The notes under the pieces: generated by a model
Databases searched by the model: none
Seen by the model: the letters and a program-made list of their open reading frames with translations, nothing else
What the model was told of the DNA's origin: nothing
Assembly (NCBI GenBank): GCA_031426555.1
Contig: JANPLN010000065.1
Coordinates: forward strand, 8,535-72,534
DNA: 64,000 nucleotides
Reading direction: 5' to 3'
From: Bdellovibrionales bacterium
GTDB lineage: Bacteria; Bdellovibrionota; Bdellovibrionia; Bdellovibrionales; JAGQZY01
Program-made: the position numbers and the translations under genes
Shown here: piece by piece, positions 1 through 10,900 of the stretch
How the letters are laid out: each line of letters opens with the position of its first letter
Position numbering within the stretch: the stretch's first letter is position 1

Positions 1-558
1 GTGGTCACAACCACCGACGATCCCCATGGTCGTAGAACCGTGATGGACTTTTTTCCAAAAGCCAAGCTGCGCTTGTTTCCAGTGGGACGTTTGGATTTTG
101 ATTCTGAAGGTCTATTAATTATTACCAATGATGGCGAGTTTGCACAAAAAGTGATTCACCCTGATGAGCACGTGACAAAAACCTACCACGTTAAGCTCAA
201 CGGCATTCCCACAGATCCACAGCTGGATAAACTTCGCAGAGGGGTGTCCATCGTCGGTGGAAAAGTTTCGGCGTTGCACGTAAAGCGGTTGTTAAAAGCC
301 ACAGATAAAAAGTCCTGGGTCGAAGTGATGATCGACGAAGGTAAAAACCATCAGGTGAAGCAGATGTTCACCAAGATTGGTTTTGATGTGGAAAAATTGC
401 GTCGAGTTTCCATCGGCGAATTTCGCATAGGCAGTCTTAAACCGGGCGAACATCGCGAGCTGACTTTTGAACAAATTCACAAAATCTTTAAAAAGCGCAG
501 CAAAGCCAAAAAAGACGACAAAGAGCCTAAAGATAAAAATGCCGTAAAATTCGTCTAA
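1..558 (+). CDS. rRNA pseudouridine synthase (RsuA/RluB/RluF family), 5'-truncated by window edge
   Basis: GRLDFDSEGLL catalytic motif, KTYHV, EGKNHQVK and LRRVSIG motifs. Confidence 0.9.
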   Translation: MVTTTDDPHGRRTVMDFFPKAKLRLFPVGRLDFDSEGLLIITNDGEFAQKVIHPDEHVTKTYHVKLNGIPTDPQLDKLRRGVSIVGGKVSALHVKRLLKATDKKSWVEVMIDEGKNHQVKQMFTKIGFDVEKLRRVSIGEFRIGSLKPGEHRELTFEQIHKIFKKRSKAKKDDKEPKDKNAVKFV

Positions 559-672
559 TAGGTTTGTCTAGCAATTCACCGACCAATGTCCGGGAGGCCT
601 GAAACGGTGGCCTGATATTGCCGCTTTATTCCCATAGTTGTAGAATAAGATCCACCCGGGGGATTTTATTTT

Positions 673-1614
673 ATGAAAACGATCAGCATTTTACTTATTG
701 GTTTTTTTATTCCTCTCTTGGCCACAGCCAAAGCACCCAAGACGTTTCGTCCAGTCACCAAACAAGAATTAAAAATTCTCAACGAAAAGATTAAGAAGCC
801 AGACTTTGTTGTCGAAATGATGAATTCTGTTAAGAGCCGAGGTTCGCAAATCAACATCTTACGTCGACATGTTTCTGCCACTGATTTGCGAGCGCTAAAA
901 CAACAAGGTGATCTGTTAAGAGTAAATTTGCGGAGTCGTTTCAAAATAAATTTGCATGATGCAAATAGTTTTTCTTTTGATGATAAAACTAAAGTTTTTC
1001 GATTCTCACAAGACGGAAAAGCAGTGCTACTGGGAACTACCGTTTTTAAAGTCGATCGCACGCAAAGCTTGCTAACTAACTATAAACTTATCAGCTCTCA
1101 GTTAAAGTCCATGGGACGCCTTTCAGCAGGCTGCCAGATTTTTTCGTGCGCCCATGCTGGCTCGAGTGAAAACTCCATGGCTTACAATCTCACAACTCTT
1201 CTTTATTACATGGATATTCACACGGCCGGTGACGGCAGCATTATGTGGGATTATTTTTTAGAAGAACCAGCGATTCAAAAAGCTCTCGATGGAGTGACAA
1301 AAGCCGGAAAAGCGATTCGCAGTATGACCTGTGAAGGCGAAGACGGTATGACCATCGAATACACCGACGGAACGAAATCCTATCTTACGACTAACGGAAA
1401 GCGCGGGTCTGAATTCGAAATGACCATTAGCGAAACCCAACAGGCTGGTGGCGCTGAACAAATGGTGGAAGGTGTCGATTCAGCAACTGCTGGCAGCGGA
1501 TGGTTTTATTACTGTGGAAAGCTGGACGACAACCAGCGCGAAAGCACAGTCAATTTTTTAAACGGAAACCTATTAGCACCAAGTCCAATTCTCGACGGCA
1601 CCGTTGAAAAATAA
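673..1614 (+). CDS. secreted hypothetical protein
   Basis: 313-aa ORF, GGGGA SD, Sec-type signal peptide (MKTISILLIGFFIPLLATA). Confidence 0.75.
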   Translation: MKTISILLIGFFIPLLATAKAPKTFRPVTKQELKILNEKIKKPDFVVEMMNSVKSRGSQINILRRHVSATDLRALKQQGDLLRVNLRSRFKINLHDANSFSFDDKTKVFRFSQDGKAVLLGTTVFKVDRTQSLLTNYKLISSQLKSMGRLSAGCQIFSCAHAGSSENSMAYNLTTLLYYMDIHTAGDGSIMWDYFLEEPAIQKALDGVTKAGKAIRSMTCEGEDGMTIEYTDGTKSYLTTNGKRGSEFEMTISETQQAGGAEQMVEGVDSATAGSGWFYYCGKLDDNQRESTVNFLNGNLLAPSPILDGTVEK

Positions 1615-1636
1615 TTTTGAAAAACGTGGAGGTTTT

Positions 1637-2506
1637 ATGAAGTATATATTCTCTTTACTCGCCTTATTTGCCTTGGTGTCCTGCGCGGAGGAAGAAGACG
1701 CTGTAGATATTCAGGAGACCGCCCAACAGATCGGCGACGTTATGGCTTCCGTGGATGAATCCGGCGGCACCACCAACGGAACCATGGTCATGATGGAAAG
1801 TCACAAGCGAATGATGGCAGCTCGCGAAAAAGCAGCCAGATCCTTTTCATTTTTGAACTCGTTTGGATTGTTACCCACGGCACAAGCCGTGGCTTGCAAG
1901 GACACAACGTTTACGGGCTGTGCCTCTTCGCAAAAGGTTCGCGATCTTGGTGGATGCACCATCGGTGCTGCAACATTTACCGGCGACATCACCTTGCAGT
2001 TTAGCGATAACATGTGCGTGATAGATTCCGACGGCGATTCGGTAGAAAGAAATCCTGATTTTACCGTCAGCGGCATTCGTGGAGCCAATCTGACTGTGAC
2101 GAAAACTGGAACTTACGGACAGCGTATCACCCGCGTCTCCAGCGGCAACTTTACGTTTGCCAACGACGGGATTCGTCGTCTTTTTACGCTTGCTGGAGAA
2201 ACACTCTTTGATTATACAACTCGCACCACATCAGCCATAAGCATAACAGGGACCACGCGTAGCGACCGTGTTATGACGGGTGGCCAATTGCGAGTCACAA
2301 ATAATATTTCTGGCGTTAATTGCAACTATGTTCCAAGCAATGTCACCTGGGCATCGAATTGTAATTGTGCCACCTCCGGCACATGGACAGGAACTTGCTC
2401 CGACGGCAAAGAAACTACTATTACCGTCACTGGCTGCGGAGCCGGAACCATTATTGTGGGTGAAGAGTCTGAAGGACTTTCTTTTGATCGCTGTTACAGC
2501 TTATAA
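1637..2506 (+). CDS. Cys/Thr/Gly-rich hypothetical lipoprotein
   Basis: GGAGG SD before ATG 1637; lipobox LVSC; many Cys and a beta-rich composition. Confidence 0.8.
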   Translation: MKYIFSLLALFALVSCAEEEDAVDIQETAQQIGDVMASVDESGGTTNGTMVMMESHKRMMAAREKAARSFSFLNSFGLLPTAQAVACKDTTFTGCASSQKVRDLGGCTIGAATFTGDITLQFSDNMCVIDSDGDSVERNPDFTVSGIRGANLTVTKTGTYGQRITRVSSGNFTFANDGIRRLFTLAGETLFDYTTRTTSAISITGTTRSDRVMTGGQLRVTNNISGVNCNYVPSNVTWASNCNCATSGTWTGTCSDGKETTITVTGCGAGTIIVGEESEGLSFDRCYSL

Positions 2507-2662
2507 AAAACCATCAAAGCGTTTCACGCTGAGGCAGATTTTGTCTCGTGTCGAGATAGTAGACGTTTTTTTCTAAATGCCCTCAAGTCCTTGGTCGAGG
2601 ACGCCGAAAGTCTAAATGGAGAGTGTTTAAAGACTCTCTCCTTAATTTTCCGGGGGGAAAAA

Positions 2663-3109
2663 ATGAGAGCACAGTCTTTGTGGCATGGAGCCATTCTTTC
2701 TAGCAGTTTAGTTGGAATCTTTCTGGCCGGCGCTTTAATTTTTAAAGTTTACAACGCCAAGCCCAGAGCGCGCCTTCATTCACAGCATGTAAAGCTAGAT
2801 CCTTCAAAAGTGAACCTCATCAAAATCATCAAACCTAACCGCAGCAAGGCTACGGGATCCGTAACGGCCAAGCGTGGACGTCGGGTAGCAAGTGCTGCAC
2901 CTGCCGCCGTGAACGACTTATTCAGTCCTTTTGGACCTTTAAAAGGCCTAACAGCCCGCGAGCGCTTTCACTTTAAAAAAGAAGTGCTCGGCTACGTCGA
3001 CACCAAAATTCGCCGCGGCTCCATCGACCCCCGCAATCGCTACCGCTTCATCGAGATGAAAGTGCTAGATAAGTCACTTGAGATGCTCGAAGCACGAGCT
3101 TCTAACTAA
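2663..3109 (+). CDS. hypothetical protein with N-terminal membrane anchor, basic
   Basis: GGGGGG SD before ATG 2663; one hydrophobic segment. Confidence 0.6.
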   Translation: MRAQSLWHGAILSSSLVGIFLAGALIFKVYNAKPRARLHSQHVKLDPSKVNLIKIIKPNRSKATGSVTAKRGRRVASAAPAAVNDLFSPFGPLKGLTARERFHFKKEVLGYVDTKIRRGSIDPRNRYRFIEMKVLDKSLEMLEARASN

Positions 3110-3141
3110 CAGAGATGCTCGAAGCACGAGCTTCTAACTAA
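3080..3141. repeat. perfect 30-bp tandem direct repeat duplicating the 3' end of the upstream ORF
   Basis: GAGATGCTCGAAGCACGAGCTTCTAACTAA at 3080-3109 and 3112-3141. Confidence 0.95.
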
Positions 3142-3198
3142 AAGCCTTGCTTGTAGCCTGCCATACTCCTAACTTGGGGTTTTCCTTAGGGAGTACCA

Positions 3199-5304
3199 AT
3201 GCGTCAGGCGTTATGTCTATTCAGCACAGTGATTTTTTTGTTATCTTGTCAGTCCATGAAAACAAAACCCCAAGGTCCGCCCAAAGCCCAAAAAATAACT
3301 CACGAAATGAATCTCCATGGCGATGTTCGTACCGATCCCTATTTTTGGATGCGCGAGCGCGACACTGAACCCGTCCTCAGCCATTTAACGACCGAAAACG
3401 ATTACGCCAAAACAAATCTGCAAGCGAGCAAGCCCACAGCGGATGTTTTGTTCGGCGAGATGAAAGCGCGAATCAAAGAAGACGATTCCTCGGCACCAAG
3501 CCGCAAGGGTGAGTATTTTTATTATACGCGCTACGAAAAGGGAAAAGAGTACGCTATCTACTGTCGTAAAAAAGGTGCGCTGACGGCATCCGAAGAGATT
3601 CTCTTAGATATTAATGTTCTTGCGAAAGGCAAAAAGTACTATTCAGCTGGCGTTGTGGATATTTCCACCAATCACGAGCTTCTCGCTTTTGTCGTTGATG
3701 ATGTTGGGCGACGATTTTACTCAATCCATTTTAAAAATTTAAAAACCGGCGAAATTCTTAAACAAAAAATCGCCAACACCACAGGGAGTTGGACCTGGGC
3801 CAGCGACAACAACACTGGTTTTTATAGCCAGCAAAATCCCGAAACTCTGCGCTCCGAAAAAGTTTTTCGCTATAATCTCAGCGCTAATAAAGCCACCGAG
3901 GTCTATTACGAAAAAGACGATATGTTTAATGTGGGAGTTGGAAAATCTCTCAATGGAAAAACCATTTTTATCGAAACTAACAGCGTGAATAGCTCGGAGT
4001 ACCTTTATACCTCTGCCGACCGCCCCGAAGAGAGTTTTAAAATATTTTTGAAACGTGAAAAAAACCATGAGTATGATCTCGAAGACGGCGGCGATGGTTT
4101 TTACATCCGCACAAATTGGAAGGCCGTGAACTTTCGGTTGATGAAAGCCGCTTACACTGCGACAAGTAAAAATCAATGGCGCGATGTTGTGGCTCATCGC
4201 AAGACAGTCTACTTGCAATCCGTGGCAGTGTTCGAATCCTTTATAGCCACCGAAGTGCGCGAAAAGGGTTTAGCACAAATCGAAATCCGTCATCGCAAGG
4301 ATAAAAAGAAATCGCTGATTGGTTTTAAAGATCCCGTTTACTTGGCTGGCAATGGCCTCAACGAAGAGTACGCTACAAATACCTTACGCTATTCCTACAG
4401 CTCGTTAGTGCAGCCCGACGCCGTGTTTGATTACAATTTAAAAACGAAAAAATCAGTTTTGGTAAAACAAAAAGAAATTCCAACCTACGAAGCAAAAAAA
4501 TATGCTTCTGAGAGAGTTTGGGCGAAGGCCAAAGATGGCTCGCGCATCCCGATTTCCATCGTTTACCGCAAAGACCTTTTCAAAAAATCGCAAAATCCAC
4601 TCTTTGTTTACGGTTATGGCTCCTACGGACTTTCCATGGAAGCTCAATTTCGCCCCAACGTGGTGAGTTTGCTAGACCGTGGCTTTGTTTACGCCATTGC
4701 CCATATTCGCGGAGGGCAGGAGTTGGGTCGCGACTGGTTCGAAAAAGGTCGGCTGATGAATAAGAAAAACACGTTCACAGATTTTATCGAGAGCACGGAG
4801 TATTTGCTAAAATCGGGCTATGGCAAACCAGGCCACGTTTACATGCAAGGCGGCAGCGCCGGTGGATTGCTGATGGGAGCGGTGATGAACCTGCGCCCCG
4901 ATCTGTACCATGGCGTGCACGCCGCTGTGCCCTTTGTGGATGTGCTCACCACGATGCTGGATGCATCGATTCCGCTCACCACGGGTGAGTATGAGCAGTG
5001 GGGCAACCCCAACGAGAAGAAAGCCTACAACTACATCAAGAGCTACTCGCCCTACGACAATGTGAAGTCGCAGAAGTATCCCCATTTGCTGATCACCACC
5101 GGCTATCACGACTCGCAGGTGCAATACTGGGAGCCATTAAAGTGGGCGGCAAAACTTCGCGAAAATAATTTAGCTGACACGTTGATTTTGATGAAAACCG
5201 AAATGGGCGCTGGCCACAGCGGCGTCACCGGTCGCTTTTCGCGCACCCGCGAAATCGCCGAAGAGTACGCCTTTTTAGTTTGGCTGGAGAGTGTTAATAA
5301 TTGA
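3199..5304 (+). CDS. ptrB: oligopeptidase B (peptidase S9A) with lipoprotein-like signal
   Basis: DPYFWMR N-terminus, YGYGSYG, GGSAGG catalytic Ser, HDSQV, GAGH; lipobox LLSC. Confidence 0.92.
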   Translation: MRQALCLFSTVIFLLSCQSMKTKPQGPPKAQKITHEMNLHGDVRTDPYFWMRERDTEPVLSHLTTENDYAKTNLQASKPTADVLFGEMKARIKEDDSSAPSRKGEYFYYTRYEKGKEYAIYCRKKGALTASEEILLDINVLAKGKKYYSAGVVDISTNHELLAFVVDDVGRRFYSIHFKNLKTGEILKQKIANTTGSWTWASDNNTGFYSQQNPETLRSEKVFRYNLSANKATEVYYEKDDMFNVGVGKSLNGKTIFIETNSVNSSEYLYTSADRPEESFKIFLKREKNHEYDLEDGGDGFYIRTNWKAVNFRLMKAAYTATSKNQWRDVVAHRKTVYLQSVAVFESFIATEVREKGLAQIEIRHRKDKKKSLIGFKDPVYLAGNGLNEEYATNTLRYSYSSLVQPDAVFDYNLKTKKSVLVKQKEIPTYEAKKYASERVWAKAKDGSRIPISIVYRKDLFKKSQNPLFVYGYGSYGLSMEAQFRPNVVSLLDRGFVYAIAHIRGGQELGRDWFEKGRLMNKKNTFTDFIESTEYLLKSGYGKPGHVYMQGGSAGGLLMGAVMNLRPDLYHGVHAAVPFVDVLTTMLDASIPLTTGEYEQWGNPNEKKAYNYIKSYSPYDNVKSQKYPHLLITTGYHDSQVQYWEPLKWAAKLRENNLADTLILMKTEMGAGHSGVTGRFSRTREIAEEYAFLVWLESVNN

Positions 5305-5358
5305 TTCCAAGGCCCCAGCAAATAGGCTTTCAGATAATACTTCAAGTCTTCTAAACAT

Positions 5359-6177
5359 TTAAATTTTCGTCACGTCGCCAAGCTTACTAATATAAAAGCG
5401 CTTGGCGATGGGGCTGTCGTCGTAGGCCACAAAAAAATCGCCATCGGGAGAGCGCACAAGGCCGATGGGCTCGATGAGGCGCTCGCGACCGGGGGAGCCA
5501 CCGTTTTTGTAGGTCATGCGCACTCGGGTGCGTTGGTACATGGCATCGATCAAAAGTCCTAAACTCTTCGATTTAAATTTTAATTCATCCATGGAGTAGT
5601 CTTTCCAATAAAGCTCTCCATCTTGCATTTGAAAAATATCTTCCAATGATTTGAGCTGCGCGCGTTCAATACAGTGGAGCGCCACTTGCAGGCAAGCGAT
5701 GGCGTCGTCCAAGGCGCGATGGGCTGCACCCTGAGTAATGCCCAAGTGGGGGATGAGAGTTTGTAGCTTGTGATTTTTGGAATCCTTAATCACATTGCGC
5801 GAAAGGCGGCTGCTGCAGATCACAGGTTTTGAAGGCAGCTCAAGGCCCAGGGCTTCAAAGCCCACAGAGATAAAACCCATATCAAAAGACGCGTGGTGAG
5901 CAATCAGTGTCCCATCTTGAATAAATTTGTGGAACCCAGGGAGAACATCCTTCAGTGCCGGTGCATCTTGCACCATTTCGTTGGTGATTCCATGGATTTT
6001 AATCACTTCCTCACCCATTGGTCGAATGGGCTTGATGAGTGACTGAAAGGTATCGATGATTTCGCCGTTAAGATATTTAGCAGCGGCGATTTCGCAAATC
6101 TCGGATTCGATGGGGTATTTGCCTGTGGTCTCTGTGTCAAAGCCGATAAAAGTAGAATTTAAACTGGTCGTGATCAT
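5359..6177 (-). CDS. DEDDh 3'-5' exonuclease (DnaQ/epsilon-like) fused to a C-terminal WYL-like domain
   Basis: FDTETTG, AHHASFD and HRALDD motifs; C-terminal 'VRMTY...RERLIEPIGL...FFVAYD...KRFYISKL' resembles WYL. Confidence 0.85.
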   Translation of the reverse strand: MITTSLNSTFIGFDTETTGKYPIESEICEIAAAKYLNGEIIDTFQSLIKPIRPMGEEVIKIHGITNEMVQDAPALKDVLPGFHKFIQDGTLIAHHASFDMGFISVGFEALGLELPSKPVICSSRLSRNVIKDSKNHKLQTLIPHLGITQGAAHRALDDAIACLQVALHCIERAQLKSLEDIFQMQDGELYWKDYSMDELKFKSKSLGLLIDAMYQRTRVRMTYKNGGSPGRERLIEPIGLVRSPDGDFFVAYDDSPIAKRFYISKLGDVTKI

Positions 6178-6191
6178 GGGGATCTTGTATC

Positions 6192-7925
6192 ATGGAGCAC
6201 ATGACGAAAGCACTTGTAATTTTTCTGTTAGTTATTGTTGGCAATGCAGCGCAGGCCCTGGATATTTCGCCTGCAAACGACAAGCAACCGGTGCAGGTAA
6301 AATCCGCGCGAGTGTCCCCGCTCGAGGTAAAGCCGGGCAGTCGAATCAGCGTTTCCATTGATGTGGATATCACGCAAGGTTTTTCGGTTTATGAAGACAA
6401 ACTCAAATTGTTCCCGCTGGAGCCCGATGGAATGACTTTGGGTGGTTTGCAAATGACACCGGTGGTGGAGTTTGTGGATTTTTCAGGAAAACAGCATCGC
6501 GGATTACTGAAAACCGCCCGCCTCGATTTTTTTGCCGAAATTCCCAAGGATGCAGACGCCCCTTTAAAAACCTTCGCCATGGATTTGGAATACATTGCGT
6601 GCACCACCAAGTACTGTTCACCGCCCACCAAGCTCGAAGTAAAGCTTCCGATAAATATCCAGTCGCGAGATCTGGTGCCCAATTCCTCCATGATCGAACA
6701 GCAGATTTCTAAAAATTTATTTTGGGCGTTCGTCCTCGTTTTTGTTTTCGGGTTTTTAACGTCTCTCACGCCGTGCGTGTATCCGCTGATTCCCATCACT
6801 CTCGCGGTGATTGGAGCTCGCGCTTCACAACTCTCTAGGGCACAGGCATTTGGTTTAAGTTTTGTCTATGTGCTTGGGATCTCGGCCACTTATTCTTTAC
6901 TTGGTGTTGTAGCGGCAAAAACGGGGGCTTTGTTCGGACAGGCGTTGAGTTATCAGCCTGTCGTTATGGCCTTTGTGATTCTTTTTGTATTAATGGCCTT
7001 AAGCATTTACGGGTATTTCGAAATTGGAATTCCACATTTTATTAGCAAGCGTCTCGAAAAATCAGGGGACAATCGCGGCTACATGGGCGCCTTCTCGTCG
7101 GGGCTCATCGCCGGAATCGTCGCCAGTCCCTGCGTGGGCCCGGTGCTGGTGGGAGTGCTTGCGTACATCGCAAAAACGCAAAACATCGTACTTGGATTCT
7201 GGTTGTTATTTACCTTCGCCATGGGCATGGGTGTTTTATTTTTATTTATTGGAACTTTTAGCTCGTCGTTTAAAAAACTACCGCGCTCGGGGCCCTGGAT
7301 GGACGTGGTCAAATTTGTGCTTGGCACAACCATGTTGGGTGTGGCGCTGTATTATTTAAAACCGCTGCTGCCCGATGCATGGTTTACCATCTGCTTAGCA
7401 TTGATGATTGCCGCAGCTCTCTTTATTTTTATCGCCAAGGTTTACCCAAAGGTGGATCATAAATTTTGGCACTACATGCCGTTTATCTTTTGCGCGCTGA
7501 TTGTTATTAGCCCCTTAGTCATAAAAATTCCAACGTCGTCACGCAGTACAGAGCAAACGCAAAAAGCGGCCCTTAAAAACGGTTGGACCTACTATTCCGA
7601 AGACGCCTTAAGCAAAGCCAAAGAGCAGGGAAAGCCCGTCATTATCGATTTTTTTGCCGACTGGTGCGCAGCCTGCCTCGAGCTCGATGAAAAAACTTTC
7701 GCGAAGCCTGAATTTATCGAAGCGACAAAAAATTACACGTTGCTAAAAGTGGACGCTAGCGAAAACTTTCCAGAGCTTGCAGATTTACAAAAGAAGTACG
7801 AAGTCTATGGCTTGCCAACGATTGTATTTATCGACAAAACCGGCAACGTGGTCAAAGAGCTTACGCTCACCGGCTTCGAAGAGATCGAGCCCATGATGGC
7901 TCGATTGAAGACATTGAATCCTTAA
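6192..7925 (+). CDS. dsbD: thiol:disulfide interchange protein DsbD
   Basis: N-terminal CTTKYC, TM domain with LTPCVYP and ASPCVGP, C-terminal thioredoxin WCAAC. Confidence 0.93.
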   Translation: MEHMTKALVIFLLVIVGNAAQALDISPANDKQPVQVKSARVSPLEVKPGSRISVSIDVDITQGFSVYEDKLKLFPLEPDGMTLGGLQMTPVVEFVDFSGKQHRGLLKTARLDFFAEIPKDADAPLKTFAMDLEYIACTTKYCSPPTKLEVKLPINIQSRDLVPNSSMIEQQISKNLFWAFVLVFVFGFLTSLTPCVYPLIPITLAVIGARASQLSRAQAFGLSFVYVLGISATYSLLGVVAAKTGALFGQALSYQPVVMAFVILFVLMALSIYGYFEIGIPHFISKRLEKSGDNRGYMGAFSSGLIAGIVASPCVGPVLVGVLAYIAKTQNIVLGFWLLFTFAMGMGVLFLFIGTFSSSFKKLPRSGPWMDVVKFVLGTTMLGVALYYLKPLLPDAWFTICLALMIAAALFIFIAKVYPKVDHKFWHYMPFIFCALIVISPLVIKIPTSSRSTEQTQKAALKNGWTYYSEDALSKAKEQGKPVIIDFFADWCAACLELDEKTFAKPEFIEATKNYTLLKVDASENFPELADLQKKYEVYGLPTIVFIDKTGNVVKELTLTGFEEIEPMMARLKTLNP

Positions 7926-10900
7926 AACAAGTCTACGCAGCGCAATCCGGTTTGCGCAGGTGCGGCCGGCCGAGTTACTTGAAGTGTCATCCCCGTTCGC
8001 GATCGTTCCACCACGGACTTGAGTTCCGAGGAAATAAGGCTGTCCACGAGTACGTCCCAGGGGCCCATGCTTTTTGGATCTCTCTTTGAAGGTTCACCTC
8101 TCCGTTGAAAGAACAATCGCATTATGATTCTTCTTAAAATCACGGATTCGAAAACAGCTCGATCTAAAATGATGGCTCGTTCCTTGGTTTTAACACTCAA
8201 CGTTGAGTTGATATGATCAATTTTTGTTACCCCTCCAATCAAAGTTTCGATTTTCTTGGCGGAGGCGATGTCATCTGCGTGGCCAGAGATTGGTTTTACA
8301 AGATGCGCGTAGAGAGTTCGGTAAAGTTTCGCAGACTCGATGCTTTGATTGAGCTGCATTTGATACAGAATTTCCATGACCTCGGGGGAAGGATAAAATA
8401 GACGTTCTAAATTCAATTGCTGAAGTTCTTGTTGATATCTCTGCCCAAATTGCTGGGACCAAAGCACTATTTCTTTCGATCTCACATCGCCAAGGCCGTC
8501 AACATCTTCGAGATGTCCTCCGTATTTGGCTAAAAAATAAAATGGGAGGGCGGTAAAAATTCGCGTGCCAAAAACCATTCCATTTGCATTATCGAGACTG
8601 ATTCTGCTGAGGTCCATGGGAAGTTCGTCGTGACTCAACGGTTTCAGTAACCAGTCTTTCATGGTCAGTGCCCACGGCGCAGCAGCTTTATTTACATAAT
8701 TTAGCTTCTCTGCAAGTACGGAAACTATATCAAGTGTTTTCTCTCTTTGCGCAATGCTGAGGGTTTCTAATTGGGGATTGTAGACAATGCGGCGGTAGTA
8801 TTCCAGCCACCAAACAGCATTTACAGTTTTAGGTAGCGTCACATTGTGGGATTTGTCTACTAGATAGTCTTCGCCGTGGTCTTGCATAGCCCGATAGCGG
8901 AAGTCCATGAGATCATCTCCGGTCATCGTGTATTTGGAGAGCTTGAGTTGGGCTTGAAGAGCTTGCCGGTGAGATTCATCGATATGATCGATCATTCGTT
9001 GGGCAAAGGGCGCTTGGTCTAGAAGATCTTGAAGAAGAAGCGGCGGCAGTGGTTGTAGAGTGGTGGCTATTTTAGAAAACCAGTTTAATTTCTCATCTGG
9101 AAGAACAACACCAAAGGCTTTCACGGCTTCGACAGCCAATGCTTGCTTCATCATGTAGAGCTCGATGTTGCTGACCTGTGAGCCAATGTAAGCATCGACT
9201 TGGTAGGCTCTGTGAAGAGTAAAGATGCCATCTTGAGGAGTCAGGCGGTGGGGAGAAGCATTACCGCCCAGTGTGATGTCTGCGTCCAAAAGGGGTTGAG
9301 CAAACTGAGCAATAAATTGCTTTTGTCCTGGATTTTGCAACGACAGCTGACGAGCCAAAGCGGCCAATCTAAACAACGGAATTTTTCCATTGCGTGCATG
9401 GATCCCATCGAAGGGAAGTCCCACGGAAAGACTTTGCATACGAAGTTTAGCAACATCCGATGAAAGGCGTGTGAGTTTTAGTAAATCCTCTGTTCCTTCA
9501 AAGGATTCCGCCCACCTGTAATCATAGTGCCAAGGATTTGTGATCCCCAACCTTTGAAAATTGGTAACCACTTTGTGTCTGTAAGTTGGGAGCGCATAGG
9601 GTGTGCGTGTACTAGTCTCTGTTTGTAGAATCATTTTTAAAAGAGACGGAGCGTTTGGAGCTGCTAAGACAAGACGTCGCCCTTCGCTGGAGTTCAAAAG
9701 AGAAAGTATATTCACAATGGCCACAATTTGCTTTTTTTCAAAATCGGTTAAAGACTTTATGGTGTCGGCCCAGCTTTCCGGAAAGAGTTCTGTTTTCCCT
9801 TGAACAAAGGCCTCATAGACTCTGTGGATACCGCTTTCAGGGCCTAAACGAACACTAGGGTCATTCATCATGGCTTCGTAAGTTCGCTGCATGGGGTGTT
9901 CTAGCCCGTCATAAAAAAGGCGTTCGATTTGAACATCCTGCAGGAAATATTGCCAAGGTAAGCTGAGCATTTTCCAGTTGGTAAAAATAAATTCGGAAAG
10001 CTGTCTTGAAATCTTGGGCCCAGCACTTTTTTCAGTATTCATCGACCATCTTCCATCAAGATGCAGATCTGCTCTTTCTAGGATGGTCTGCACCCAATCA
10101 TTGATTTGGGTTGAGGTGGGTGGATCAACTTTTACACTCCAACCAAACTGAATTGCAATTTTAGAGGATTGGCTGAGAATATCGCGCTCTGCATTTTTTA
10201 ACTTTTGCAGTTCTGAATCATTGATAAGGTCCTTGTCTGATTGAGCTCTTTCCATAATTTCGAGCATTGGACTGTCAACTTGCAAGCTGACTAAAGAGTC
10301 GATGCTGACCTTTTGGTCATCGAGGGTGATGCCAGACCCCTTTTTTTCTGTGTATTTGCGAAAGGGCTCATTGCTTTTAGGATCAAATTGGAAAACGGGA
10401 AACAGCGTGCTTAAAAGATGGCCAGGAATTTCCTGAAAAAAACGTATAAAAGAACCACCGAAATCTGTGAGACGAATTCCGGTTTTTAGCTGACTCAAAC
10501 GCGTTCCTCGACCGAATGCTTGCAAAAGAACTTTAATATTAGAGGATGTGTTCACGTAGACGATTCGATTTGCTGACGGTAAGTCCACTCCTTCTCCAAG
10601 CAGGTCCACACTGATTAGATATCGATGTCTGTGGGAGCTTTGCGTACTATTAAACCAATCTATATTCTGAGCGACCACGTCCACTGAATTACTTTGTTTT
10701 TGTCCTGAGTGAACGACACGAAACTCCATGTTTTCGCTTTTTGCCATTTCGTTGAGGAATATTTTGTAAATTTCGGCGTGCACGATCGAGGGTACAAAAA
10801 TGATACCGCGGTCGTACTCAGCCACACGGTCGTTGCGGTCGCGCTGAAATTGCGCTCGCAGGTCGTTGAAAACTTTTTCGATAATCGCTGTGTGCACAAA

